Positions 50,677-59,659 of a stretch of 64,000 bases of DNA are shown piece after piece. The stretch comes from a phage. The DNA is taken from the sequence record PZ583739.1; one strand, written 5' to 3'. The position numbers and the translations under genes were made by a program. Numbering within the stretch: the stretch's first letter is position 1; each line of letters starts with the position of its first letter. The notes beneath the pieces were generated by a model that was not told the origin of the DNA, ran no database searches, and saw only the letters and a program-made list of their open reading frames with translations.

Positions 50677-51429
50677 TTAATTAAAAATTTCAACAACCAT
50701 GGAACGTGGTACAACAGTAAATTCACCAGCATGGACAACGTTCAGGAGTTCAACACCATCTTCAATCCACTGGTCTGTTACCCAACCACAAATGGAACTA
50801 TTAAATGGGCGTTTGATTTGAACTGGTTTGCACAACAAGTCAATAGGGTCACCCAGCTCGCTAACTTCTTCCAGCAGTACAGATTCACGCGGATAAAGGA
50901 TAGCTTCAAGATTGTCACCTGATTCATTGACTGCAGTAAATTCAAAGATGCTTTGGTGATTGTGGTACTTAACTGTTTTAACGGTAAATGGAGCAAATCC
51001 AAAAATACCTTTCAGTACCCGCCAACCAGCATTCAATGCATTAGTATTATCAAAATCACCATATCCAACAAGTTGATAGGTTTTGTCAACTTTGATAGGA
51101 GTTTCTTCAACTTCTTTGAAGAGTTCAATCTCAGCTTCATAAACCGTAATTTTTTCTACTTCATTTGTATCAAGGCGACGTGCATGTAGAATATATGCTT
51201 TATCAAACCAGTTACTTTTTACAAAAGTTTCAACAATAAATTCACCTTCACCTAAAGCATCAGTCAGAGTATTATACCCAGAAACCATAGCTGCGTTTTG
51301 AATAATAGGTTCAATCAGTTGATAAGTTTTGTTAATTTCAATAGTCATATTTTGTTTCTCAAGTTTTAATGGTTTAATTGGGCGAACATACATACTTACA
51401 ACATCAAAGTCAATAAATTCTGGTTTCAT
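50677..51429 (-). CDS. hypothetical protein, paralog of the 50037-50597 product
   Basis: 250-aa ORF sharing its C-terminal module with the neighbour. Confidence 0.5.
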   Translation of the reverse strand: MKPEFIDFDVVSMYVRPIKPLKLEKQNMTIEINKTYQLIEPIIQNAAMVSGYNTLTDALGEGEFIVETFVKSNWFDKAYILHARRLDTNEVEKITVYEAEIELFKEVEETPIKVDKTYQLVGYGDFDNTNALNAGWRVLKGIFGFAPFTVKTVKYHNHQSIFEFTAVNESGDNLEAILYPRESVLLEEVSELGDPIDLLCKPVQIKRPFNSSICGWVTDQWIEDGVELLNVVHAGEFTVVPRSMVVEIFN

Positions 51430-51686
51430 TATGCAACCTTATTGAACATCGCCAGTTGATTAGGTTGTACAACCATAATTTCACGACGACCTTTTGCGTT
51501 TGACACGTTCAGGTAGATGCCTTTGTTCATGTCTGTTTCTTTATCATATACCGCAATTTTATTGACAGTAAAGATTTTACCACGAATATTTGTAAATGCA
51601 CATTCAAACGCTTTGGTCAGACCTGCTTCAGCAGCTTGAAGAGCAGACATTTCATATTGTTGGCCAATTTCAAAAGAAGTAATCAT
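51429..51686 (-). CDS. hypothetical protein
   Basis: start reset to ATG 51686 with SD GAGGATAACAAA; track start lies upstream of the promoter -10. Confidence 0.4.
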   Translation of the reverse strand: MITSFEIGQQYEMSALQAAEAGLTKAFECAFTNIRGKIFTVNKIAVYDKETDMNKGIYLNVSNAKGRREIMVVQPNQLAMFNKVA

Positions 51687-51714
51687 TTTGTTATCCTCAT
51701 CAGTAGTTGATGAG

Positions 51715-51747
51715 ATGATTATGTCTCTTTCCATTGGCCTTGTACAC
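51715..51747 (-). promoter_or_regulatory. early promoter
   Basis: minus strand AAAAAGTAGTGTACAA (51741-51747 rc) ... CATAAT then leader CATCAACTACTGATGAGGA. Confidence 0.45.
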
Positions 51748-51753
51748 TACTTT

Positions 51754-52437
51754 TTATCGTTTTTTCGGTAAAGATAACGGGTCTGCATCTTCTTCGGAAG
51801 GAACTTCATCTAAACCAAGAGCATAGCGCTGGGCATACTTCAACATCAAAATATCTTTCGCGCAGTCATGTACCGAATCGTGCGCCACAAATCCATCTAA
51901 AGTCCCTTTCGGTAATGGGGTTTCACACATCTTACGGACGAGTGACAGGGCTTCGATGGCTGTCCTGATATCTCGCTGGTTCCAGAATACAACCGGCTCC
52001 AGGTCATAGGTATTCAATTCACGCTCAGGAATCCCCTCATTGCGCTGTAGGTCGCGGATAAGGTCAACAAATAACGGAAAGTCAAAAGACATTCCACGAC
52101 ACCACATAAGGCTTTCGTATTTGTTAATTCCATTACCATTCAGATAATCAATTGCCTGTTGGATACCGGTCAGAGTATCAACATCTTGCGCAGAAGGAGC
52201 CAAGTTAACACGGGCTTCTGCTGATTGCTTTTTCCACCAACCCATGGTTGTTGTATCGAACAACCGCTTACCTTTTTGATATTCAAGACTAAACTTAATG
52301 CGTTTGCCGCGATTAACCAGGGTTTCGAATGATTCCACAATAGCAGGGTCAGATTCGAATGTAATCAGGGCCAAGTCAATAACGGCTCCCTTCGAGCCGT
52401 TTCCCAGAGTTTCAAAGTCAATAATAGCATCAATCAT
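51754..52437 (-). CDS. dexA: exonuclease A
   Basis: 227 aa; MIDAIIDFETLGNGSKGAVIDLALITF... and ...CRGMSFDFPLFVDLIRDLQRNEG...GFVAHDSVHDCAKDILMLKYA match T4 DexA as remembered. Confidence 0.9.
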   Translation of the reverse strand: MIDAIIDFETLGNGSKGAVIDLALITFESDPAIVESFETLVNRGKRIKFSLEYQKGKRLFDTTTMGWWKKQSAEARVNLAPSAQDVDTLTGIQQAIDYLNGNGINKYESLMWCRGMSFDFPLFVDLIRDLQRNEGIPERELNTYDLEPVVFWNQRDIRTAIEALSLVRKMCETPLPKGTLDGFVAHDSVHDCAKDILMLKYAQRYALGLDEVPSEEDADPLSLPKKR

Positions 52438-52669
52438 CGCACATCTCTTTTAATTTCTGAATTTCACCAGCAACATAGTCGGAGATAAAAATTCCTGGCT
52501 CTTCATTGTTAAAATATTCAATCGCGGCCATACGTTTCTGAATAAGACTCAGTTCCAGTAAAACGTAATTACCCTGTTGGACGATAGTCGGATTATCTTC
52601 GAAAAATTCAACCTCGTCCTGAATACCATAGATAAGAGTATCTAAATCTTCTTTATGTACTTTATACAT
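52430..52669 (-). CDS. hypothetical protein (dexA.1 position)
   Basis: 79-aa ORF between dda and dexA. Confidence 0.45.
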   Translation of the reverse strand: MYKVHKEDLDTLIYGIQDEVEFFEDNPTIVQQGNYVLLELSLIQKRMAAIEYFNNEEPGIFISDYVAGEIQKLKEMCDD

Positions 52670-53990
52670 AATATGCGTCGTACCTCGCTCGTGTGATTCC
52701 TACATAAGCCAACTGGCTCGCTAATGAAGCTTCGGCCATATGGATGCATGGAGTATAGATGAATGCTTTGTCCACTGAAACGCCTTGGGCCTTGTGGATT
52801 GTACTAACCGGAAGAGCACGAACTTTCAAGAAGGTCCGGCGAGCTTTCCAGAAGTCTTTCCACTCTGGACGTTTACCAGCGGCTTTCATCTGTTTGTATG
52901 TGTCAGCAACTTTAGCCAGATATGCCTGGAATTTCGGTTGCTGGTCTTCTGGTAAAACTTTGATGCGGTCAACCTGATATTCTTCATCTTCATCAATTGA
53001 CTCAACTTCCAGGTCCCAGTAATTAATCACTAACTGGTGTGATTCACCTTTACAACGGAGAATGGTGGAAGTGTATTTGCAATCCTTGATGCGAACCAAC
53101 TGACCATTATTAAAAATGGTTTCGCTGAATTTCTTGCCTTCAAATTCCAGCTCTTTCATGTGTGGCTCTTGCATAACCAGGACTTCATACGGTAAAAATG
53201 CTTTATCCGTTTCATAGAGCTTGCGACGAATAATATTGTTCAGTTTTTCAACTGATTTATTCGTGTACGCATACATCCTGTTTTCCATCAACATATCAGC
53301 ATCTTTTACAATACCAAAATAGTTTACCATGAAATCCTTTAAAGCGGTTTGTGAGGTGAAACCCTGTACGCCATGACCATCATACATACAGTCGCGGAAC
53401 CAACCCCCATTACGAATTTCTGTCGCCACTTCAATGATAGGAGCATTGCTTCGCATAACCTCAGTCAGATGAATCTGTTTGAACTTAGGATGCGTAAAGA
53501 ATGGGCTTATCTTTTGTTGTGTGCTTCCTGGGTCAACTGGCTGCAGCTGGTGCATATCACCAATCCCAAGAATAGTACACCATTCAGGAACAGAGTTAAG
53601 AATAATCTTAAACAGAGACCCGTCATACATACTTGCTTCATCACAAACCAGAACATTGCATTTTGACATGTCAGGCATTTCGCGCTGTTCAAAAACGTTT
53701 TGGTCTTCATATGTGGTCGGGTTAATCTTCAGAATACTATGGATTGTATTCGCCGTTTGACCAGACAATTTTGATAGAACTTTTTTTGCCTGGTGAGTTG
53801 GTGCAGCAAGCACAATTCCCATAACTCCATTACGCACCAGATGGTCAATGACAAATTTTGTCAGAGTAGTTTTACCTGTACCCGCTGGACCATTCAGAGT
53901 GATACATTCCCCTGAACGTCGCTGAATAGCTTCAGTGATATAATCAAAAGCTTCTTTTTGTCCTGTGTTCAAGTCTTCAAATTTAATCAT
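52662..53990 (-). CDS. dda: Dda DNA helicase (SF1B)
   Basis: 442 aa; Walker A GPAGTGKTTL; ...VLVCDEASMYD...; C-terminal ...KAQGVSVDKAFIYTPCIH... match T4 Dda as remembered. Confidence 0.92.
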   Translation of the reverse strand: MIKFEDLNTGQKEAFDYITEAIQRRSGECITLNGPAGTGKTTLTKFVIDHLVRNGVMGIVLAAPTHQAKKVLSKLSGQTANTIHSILKINPTTYEDQNVFEQREMPDMSKCNVLVCDEASMYDGSLFKIILNSVPEWCTILGIGDMHQLQPVDPGSTQQKISPFFTHPKFKQIHLTEVMRSNAPIIEVATEIRNGGWFRDCMYDGHGVQGFTSQTALKDFMVNYFGIVKDADMLMENRMYAYTNKSVEKLNNIIRRKLYETDKAFLPYEVLVMQEPHMKELEFEGKKFSETIFNNGQLVRIKDCKYTSTILRCKGESHQLVINYWDLEVESIDEDEEYQVDRIKVLPEDQQPKFQAYLAKVADTYKQMKAAGKRPEWKDFWKARRTFLKVRALPVSTIHKAQGVSVDKAFIYTPCIHMAEASLASQLAYVGITRARYDAYYV

Positions 53991-54286
53991 GCCAATTTTA
54001 CTCGCTTAACATATAAAGTATCTAAAACTAATTTCAATTCTCGTGCGTGTTCTTCAGTAGGAAAAACTGTTTTTGTTTCGCGCTTATCAAACCACCATTT
54101 TCTGGGAGTATACCGTGTTTCAATACGTCCCATGCGTAAATAGCAGTTTGTAGTATATGAATAGTTGGCAAGTTCATATTCTGCGCCCGCTTTTGTGGTG
54201 TATAAGGTAACCTTTCCATCATACTCCAATGGGCGTTCAAAACCATCTTTATCTTTGTGAACCAGCACATATGCGTAGTACATCAC
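53987..54286 (-). CDS. hypothetical protein (dda.1 position)
   Basis: 99-aa ORF. Confidence 0.45.
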   Translation of the reverse strand: MMYYAYVLVHKDKDGFERPLEYDGKVTLYTTKAGAEYELANYSYTTNCYLRMGRIETRYTPRKWWFDKRETKTVFPTEEHARELKLVLDTLYVKRVKLA

Positions 54287-54287
54287 A

Positions 54288-55034
54288 TTAACCTCTAATC
54301 AGTTTAAAAATTGACGCGTTCAAAGGCAGACCACGTTTCAGTTTTAATTTACCAATAAAACCAATCTTCTCAAAACGCTCAAGACCTTGAATGATTTTAT
54401 CATAGCAATCAAAAAGCGTTTCAGCATCAGTTAATTTCTTGGTAACCTTCCAGTCATTACCTTTGAGCAGGACATTCAATTTAGTAAGCTCATGCCCTTC
54501 CGCAACACGGGAACCATCAATGCGAGCCTTCAGAGCAACCATTTTTAATTGGTTTTCTTTAGACTGCTCTGATTTACTCATTTGAGCATAATGCTTAACG
54601 CGATTCTCGCGTTTGTGTTGGATGTTCTTGATATGAGTATATGACTTTTTAATCTGTTCCCATTTCTCTGCAGTCAGATTTAACTTTTCAATCTTCTTGG
54701 CGGAGGGGCGAGCAATTTTTACAGCAACATCATCGCGACGTTGTTTAAGCTCATCCAGGGACCAATCAGAACGCATGGTATTGTATTTCTTTTTAACAGG
54801 AATAACATTACCTTTGATATAACCAATATCATTGTTAAAACGCTCTAATGATAACTTCTCACCTTCAATAGAGTTATTAAATGTCTCACCAGAATAAGCA
54901 CAAACTTTTTGGTCAAGAATGTTAACCAGATAATTGAAATCCAGGTTAAAGTCCTTACCGCGACGTTTAGCGGAAGCTTGAGTGTGTTCCAGACGACGTT
55001 TAACTTTCAGCGTTTTGGTTTTTGATAAAGTCAT
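54288..55034 (-). CDS. hypothetical basic protein at the T4 srd position
   Basis: 248-aa lysine/arginine-rich ORF between dda.1 and the ADP-ribosyltransferase pair; Srd identity not verified. Confidence 0.4.
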   Translation of the reverse strand: MTLSKTKTLKVKRRLEHTQASAKRRGKDFNLDFNYLVNILDQKVCAYSGETFNNSIEGEKLSLERFNNDIGYIKGNVIPVKKKYNTMRSDWSLDELKQRRDDVAVKIARPSAKKIEKLNLTAEKWEQIKKSYTHIKNIQHKRENRVKHYAQMSKSEQSKENQLKMVALKARIDGSRVAEGHELTKLNVLLKGNDWKVTKKLTDAETLFDCYDKIIQGLERFEKIGFIGKLKLKRGLPLNASIFKLIRG

Positions 55035-55078
55035 GATATTTTTCTCATCTTACAGACGATTGAATAACTCAGTACGGA

Positions 55079-55110
55079 ATCATTATACACTATTCATCTT
55101 TTATGTACAC
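55079..55110 (-). promoter_or_regulatory. early promoter with conserved leader
   Basis: minus strand AAAAAGTAGTGTACA (55104-55110 rc) ... TATAAT then leader GATTCCGTACTGAGTTAT. Confidence 0.45.
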
Positions 55111-55191
55111 TACTTTTTCACCTTTAACGCTTTTATTTTTACTGTGTATAATGGTTCTAAGGTCTTTGGCCTTTTGTTAACCCAGAATACT

Positions 55192-55806
55192 TCAGTAAGA
55201 AAGAACGGAAAGATTCCATAATTTATAGTCTTCCCATCTATAAATGCTCTCAATAGAGTCCACGCGTAGCGTAGTTCCCGCAGGGAACATCATCTCATCT
55301 TCATCATTTACTAATTGCAAGTTTGAAGAACGAGTTATTTCAGGATATAGTCCGTTGAACTCTTCAGGAGGTGCCGCACAAATCATTTTAAAAATCGCTT
55401 CCTGATAATCAAATGCGAATGGTGCATCATTAATACAGAAAATATTTTTGGTTCCATAGAAGCTAAAGGAAGCAAAGTTACGCGCAACACTGAAATCTTT
55501 GGAGAAACTCATTACACGGTCAAACTCAATCGTAGCACCAACACATCCTACGGTTTCAAGATATGCCAAAGTTTTCTTAGAAATCCCGCGATATAACTTA
55601 CCAGGCACAGCAGAAGTCAAATTCTTACGAATAATTTTGTTCAAAGTTTCCTGGATAGTGTCTGGCTTATTTTCCATACACTGCCAGAGTGTACTCTGTT
55701 CCAACTCAGAGTAAATTTCATCAATTTCAATCTGGGTATTTTCACGAAAATATTCACATTTAACTGCATTGATGTACTCTGCTAATTGGTGACTTGCGTA
55801 CAGCAT
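55192..55806 (-). CDS. ADP-ribosyltransferase, ModA/ModB family
   Basis: start reset to ATG 55806 (SD GAGGATAATAAA), 204 aa; R (KLYRGIS), S-x-S (MSFSKDFSVA) and acidic (DEDEMMFPAG) motifs in ART order. Confidence 0.6.
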   Translation of the reverse strand: MLYASHQLAEYINAVKCEYFRENTQIEIDEIYSELEQSTLWQCMENKPDTIQETLNKIIRKNLTSAVPGKLYRGISKKTLAYLETVGCVGATIEFDRVMSFSKDFSVARNFASFSFYGTKNIFCINDAPFAFDYQEAIFKMICAAPPEEFNGLYPEITRSSNLQLVNDEDEMMFPAGTTLRVDSIESIYRWEDYKLWNLSVLSY

Positions 55807-55834
55807 TTTATTATCCTCATCAGTAGTTGATAGG

Positions 55835-55867
55835 AACATCTTAACGTGTCTTATTGCTCTTGTACAC
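55835..55867 (-). promoter_or_regulatory. putative early promoter
   Basis: minus strand GTGTACAA (55861-55867 rc) with weak -10-like TTAAGAT; leader CATCAACTACTGATGAGGA follows. Confidence 0.35.
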
Positions 55868-56411
55868 AGTCAAGAACATAATAATCACCAACAAATCCAG
55901 CATCAACTATCACGAATTTCTGGTCAACTGGAACAAACCATTCAAGCTCAGAATCAATCATGTCCATGTATTCTTCACGCCTTAATGTTGCCGCCTGTTC
56001 GGAACCAGAAGCTGTATTGAAGAATTCAAGTGGAACATCAAGTGCGATTTTGCGCATTACATCATGGTAACAAAAAGCTTTTGTATGATTCAATCTGATG
56101 ATAGTCCTTGACACATATTCCATTGCAGCAAAATCCCTGGCAATACCATAGTCTTCTGTAAAGGAGGTTATCCGTCCAAATTCAAAAGGTCGCATTGATT
56201 CTTTTGCTTCATCCAACAAATCAATCTCTTGCTGGGTAACCCCACGATACAAGACTGTATCAGGCACAGATAACCTTGACTTGATGATTGAGTTAACGTT
56301 TGAATGTAAGGTCTTATTAACCTTTGATGTGCGACACTCAAATAATGAAGCTATCTCCATTTCACTAAATTTTAACTGGTTGGGTTCGGTATCAGATTTG
56401 ATGATGTTCAT
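55851..56411 (-). CDS. ADP-ribosyltransferase, ModA/ModB family
   Basis: 186 aa; VLYRGV, ITSFTEDYGIA and acidic REEYMDMIDSELEWFV motifs; tandem to the 55192 gene. Confidence 0.6.
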   Translation of the reverse strand: MNIIKSDTEPNQLKFSEMEIASLFECRTSKVNKTLHSNVNSIIKSRLSVPDTVLYRGVTQQEIDLLDEAKESMRPFEFGRITSFTEDYGIARDFAAMEYVSRTIIRLNHTKAFCYHDVMRKIALDVPLEFFNTASGSEQAATLRREEYMDMIDSELEWFVPVDQKFVIVDAGFVGDYYVLDCVQEQ

Positions 56412-56470
56412 AATGGTCTCTCTGTTGTAAGAAAGACCATTATGTCATTAGGAGGGGAGTAAGTAAACTA

Positions 56471-56644
56471 CTATTTCCATGGTGCCCATGGAGGTGGGTC
56501 GTCGTAATATGAGGCCAGGTCGCGTAGAACTTCCAACGGGAGACTAAAACCATGCTTCTGTATAATCACATCAAGCTCATCAACTAGGTCCACACGGGCT
56601 TCTGTGGGAGCTTTAGGCTCTTCAAAAAGTTCAAATAAATCCAT
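56471..56644 (-). CDS. small acidic protein (57 aa), not in ORF track
   Basis: ATG 56644; [57 protein letters not shown]. Confidence 0.3.
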   Translation of the reverse strand: MDLFELFEEPKAPTEARVDLVDELDVIIQKHGFSLPLEVLRDLASYYDDPPPWAPWK

Positions 56645-57126
56645 TAGTAGCCACCGATAGGACCGTAACCATACATCCGAGCTCGGACTTTAGTATCATG
56701 CATGGCTTCTTCTGTTAAAGTAAAGCGCAGGCCGATATCAAAGTGTTTCCAAATCTGACGTTCGACTTCAGTAAGGTCTTCAGGTGCAGAAATCAGATAT
56801 GTGCGACCTTTAAGGCGTTCAGTGGCCATTTTATCTCTATCTTTATAGAAAATGACATCTTCGCCATAAAGGTCCGGATGACGATAGCCTTTGATGTGCA
56901 GAGCTTCAGAAACAGTAAACGGACACCCTTCGGCAACATCAACATTTTTTCTATGAAATACCTTCATCATGACATTTTCTGGCATCGTCAGGTTCATTAA
57001 TTTTGTTTCCAACTCAGTAACCGAATCCATGCCATTATATGGCAAGATAAGACATGCTGTTGCATCGTAAGGTCGTGTTTGCCCAGCAGAATCACGGACA
57101 TAGAATTCTAATTCGTATACTTTCAT
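56644..57126 (-). CDS. hypothetical protein
   Basis: 160-aa ORF. Confidence 0.5.
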   Translation of the reverse strand: MKVYELEFYVRDSAGQTRPYDATACLILPYNGMDSVTELETKLMNLTMPENVMMKVFHRKNVDVAEGCPFTVSEALHIKGYRHPDLYGEDVIFYKDRDKMATERLKGRTYLISAPEDLTEVERQIWKHFDIGLRFTLTEEAMHDTKVRARMYGYGPIGGY

Positions 57127-57268
57127 AATGATTTCCTCTTACCAACTAATGGACCATCAGGAACTTTATTTTCCTTGATGTACTTTTCATTTTCTTCCAT
57201 CATTTTACTGCCAATTTTCAAAAGCAAATCCAGTGCTTCTTTTGCCTGACGTTCAGCTTCTTCTTGTG

Positions 57269-57463
57269 TCATGATTTATCCCCGTAGATATCACGCAGCA
57301 GTTTAAGCGCAGTTCGTTCGGTCTTCTTTTCCTGCATGGCTTTAAGCCCTGTAGCAGCCCATTCTTCAGCTTCGCGCTGCATTTCTTCCTCGGCTCTGGC
57401 CACCCAGGAATCATCAATCCCTGGGGTAACCAACCAATCTTTAAGCCAACTTGTAATTCTCAT
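57269..57463 (-). CDS. hypothetical protein
   Basis: 64-aa ORF. Confidence 0.4.
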   Translation of the reverse strand: MRITSWLKDWLVTPGIDDSWVARAEEEMQREAEEWAATGLKAMQEKKTERTALKLLRDIYGDKS

Positions 57464-57817
57464 TTAATCACACGAGCTGGAAGACGAATCGCAGCTTCCT
57501 GAATCATAGGAGGAATAAGACGAATCCCCAGTCCACGAACTAACTGCAGCAGCGACTACAATCGGAGTGGTATCGATATGTGGTGTGTCGATATGACTAG
57601 TAGAACGTCTTGAATCCAGATGCTCTTTTAACTGTTTCGAATTCAATGGTAATGCGCCTGGTCCGACATTACCGGCTTTTTCTGGACGTCGACGAACTTC
57701 TTCCATCATACCATCACCCATGTAAACATATTCTCTTAGCTTGGCATCTGGTAGGCTAACAGGAACCACACCTTCACCCGGTTTGGTCTTGAATAAATTC
57801 TTGAGCCAACTAATCAT
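57464..57817 (-). CDS. hypothetical protein with Ser/Cys/Asp-rich C-terminus
   Basis: 117 aa ending ...SWTGDSSYSSYDSGSCDSSSSSCD. Confidence 0.4.
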   Translation of the reverse strand: MISWLKNLFKTKPGEGVVPVSLPDAKLREYVYMGDGMMEEVRRRPEKAGNVGPGALPLNSKQLKEHLDSRRSTSHIDTPHIDTTPIVVAAAVSSWTGDSSYSSYDSGSCDSSSSSCD

Positions 57818-58011
57818 AGGAAACCTCGTTTAAATTCAACTTTACCATCATCACAACGGATTTCAATATTGAATTCTAAAGAATCATCATCGTGCATCAT
57901 GAATGAATGTACGACAACCTCATCAAACACACCCAGACCATACTTAAAATGTACATCATGGGCAATAACTTCGTCTAAAGTTTTGTTTGGTTTAATCCAA
58001 CGGTTTAACAT
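57814..58011 (-). CDS. hypothetical protein
   Basis: 65-aa ORF. Confidence 0.4.
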   Translation of the reverse strand: MLNRWIKPNKTLDEVIAHDVHFKYGLGVFDEVVVHSFMMHDDDSLEFNIEIRCDDGKVEFKRGFL

Positions 58012-58054
58012 AGTATTCTCCTCTGTAGTTGAGATAATTATACCATCTCTATTA

Positions 58055-58082
58055 AAAGCAAAAAGGGAACCCGAAGGTTCCC
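58055..58082 (-). terminator. rho-independent terminator after soc
   Basis: GGGAACC-cgaa-GGTTCCC with flanking A/T runs. Confidence 0.6.
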
Positions 58083-58087
58083 TATAA

Positions 58088-58321
58088 TTAAACTACTGGG
58101 GTAGGCGTAAACATCGCCGCGTTCTTAGTTCGCCAATCAGCTGCACTAGACGCTACGGTGACATAAGCGGCCTTTTCGGAAGGAAAAGTCTGATAGTGTG
58201 CATTAGCAATACGGTGCTCGTTCGAATAGATTTCAAACGGAACAGATACTTCAACACCTTTAACTTCTTTACCTTCACCAGCTGGATGCGTGAAGGTTTT
58301 GATATTAACGAAACCACCCAT
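58088..58321 (-). CDS. soc: small outer capsid protein Soc
   Basis: 77 aa; ...VNIKTF... and ...HYQTFPSEKAAY... match T4 Soc as remembered. Confidence 0.85.
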   Translation of the reverse strand: MGGFVNIKTFTHPAGEGKEVKGVEVSVPFEIYSNEHRIANAHYQTFPSEKAAYVTVASSAADWRTKNAAMFTPTPVV

Positions 58322-58352
58322 AATTAACTCCTTTGTTGTTTAATTACAGGCG

Positions 58353-58360
58353 TATTTATA
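58353..58360 (-). promoter_or_regulatory. late promoter (TATAAATA) for soc
   Basis: TATTTATA on the plus strand is TATAAATA on the minus strand, about 30 nt upstream of the soc ATG. Confidence 0.55.
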
Positions 58361-58362
58361 AC

Positions 58363-58644
58363 TTACAATTTGATGGCTTGAACTGCTTTATTGGCTTCAG
58401 TCATTTTAGCTAGATTTTCAGCAGTAGGATTCGCCATCCATTCTGCTGTTGCATTAGCAAAAGCATTATGAGTTTCAATTACATTTTTAGCATTTTCAGT
58501 ATTCGTATCAATTTCATGTTTAGATAAATGTTTTAGTTGATTAGATAAGAGTTCTACGAAGATTTCGGTATTAACATTTTCAATTATATCGTTAATATAT
58601 TTCTTGCGAGCTTTCTTAAGCTGACGTTTATTTAATCGAGCCAT
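58363..58644 (-). CDS. hypothetical protein
   Basis: 93-aa ORF between 56 and soc. Confidence 0.45.
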   Translation of the reverse strand: MARLNKRQLKKARKKYINDIIENVNTEIFVELLSNQLKHLSKHEIDTNTENAKNVIETHNAFANATAEWMANPTAENLAKMTEANKAVQAIKL

Positions 58645-59162
58645 TAATAACCTCGGTCTTGACGAGCAAAGTTTTCGGCATTTTTCAGATAATACAATTT
58701 AAAGATTTCTTCTGCAGTCAGTCCAAGACCGTGGAACATGTTCAGGACAAAGTGCAGGATATCAATCATCTCAAATTTAATTTCGAGCTGGTCTTCAGGA
58801 GATAAATCATTAATCAGGGTTTGCTGCATTTCGCCATGTTGTGCTTTCCATGGTTTCCATACGGCCGAGGCAGCTTTCTCGCCATTGGACATGCCACCTA
58901 ATGCAGTAATCAGTTCACGGAATTCATCATCAATATAATCTTTCTGGTTGCGGAGCCAGGTAACAACTTCACCAGCAGTCGCCAGGTTATCAGGATGTTC
59001 GTTATATTCTGGTTTTTCTTTAGCCAGACGAACCTGCAATGATTTCTGCATATCAAGCATAACTTGCAGTGGGTCAGTGCCTTCAAAAATTGCATTATCA
59101 TAAGCGCCCTGAGCTTTATCAACACCAGCAATCAGTTGAGAACATTCATTAAAATGAGCCAT
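58644..59162 (-). CDS. 56: dCTP pyrophosphatase (dCTPase) gp56
   Basis: 172 aa from ATG 59162 (SD AAGGAAAAATATA): MAHFNECSQLIAGVDKAQ...; C-terminal ...EEIFKLYYLKNAENFARQDRGY matches T4 gp56. Confidence 0.9.
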   Translation of the reverse strand: MAHFNECSQLIAGVDKAQGAYDNAIFEGTDPLQVMLDMQKSLQVRLAKEKPEYNEHPDNLATAGEVVTWLRNQKDYIDDEFRELITALGGMSNGEKAASAVWKPWKAQHGEMQQTLINDLSPEDQLEIKFEMIDILHFVLNMFHGLGLTAEEIFKLYYLKNAENFARQDRGY

Positions 59163-59246
59163 TATATTTTTCCTTATCAATTCATGTTGTTTGTATGTTA
59201 ATTATATCGTATTGGTTTAAAGCATAAATACAAGAAAGGGGGATGT

Positions 59247-59444
59247 ATGCTAAAACTATCTAGTCTAATTCAAGCCATCAAAGGCAGTCGTAAGCGAACG
59301 ATTCTGGTCCTTTCGGTACTCTGTTTAGTTCTACTCTGGAACTTCATTGTTGCTCCAGTTGCAATGGCACATGGTGTTATATTACCAGTCGTCGCGCTCG
59401 AATCAGTTGTAGATGTTTCACTGGCATTAATCGGCCTTATATAG
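59247..59444 (+). CDS. small membrane/secreted protein, tandem paralog A
   Basis: 65 aa, strong SD AAAGGGGGAT; hydrophobic core LLWNFIVAPVAMAHGVILPVV. Confidence 0.4.
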   Translation: MLKLSSLIQAIKGSRKRTILVLSVLCLVLLWNFIVAPVAMAHGVILPVVALESVVDVSLALIGLI

Positions 59445-59452
59445 GTGGAACT

Positions 59453-59659
59453 ATGGGAACATTATTCTATCAGATTTGGAAATTAACCAGTAAGAAAGAC
59501 AAGAAGCTCATCATGGGCTTTTTAGCTCTTGATGTTTTCCTGTGGAACTTACTGGTTGTGCCTATCGCTGCAACACAAGGGGTACACTTACCCCAGGTCA
59601 CAATGGAACATATCCATTCCATCATCGGTTACTTTACCGGAATCCCTTCCTCGTCTTGA
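59453..59659 (+). CDS. small membrane/secreted protein, tandem paralog B
   Basis: 68 aa, SD AGGTGGA; FLWNLLVVPIAATQGVHLPQV parallels paralog A; 3' end converges on the HNH gene. Confidence 0.4.
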   Translation: MGTLFYQIWKLTSKKDKKLIMGFLALDVFLWNLLVVPIAATQGVHLPQVTMEHIHSIIGYFTGIPSSS

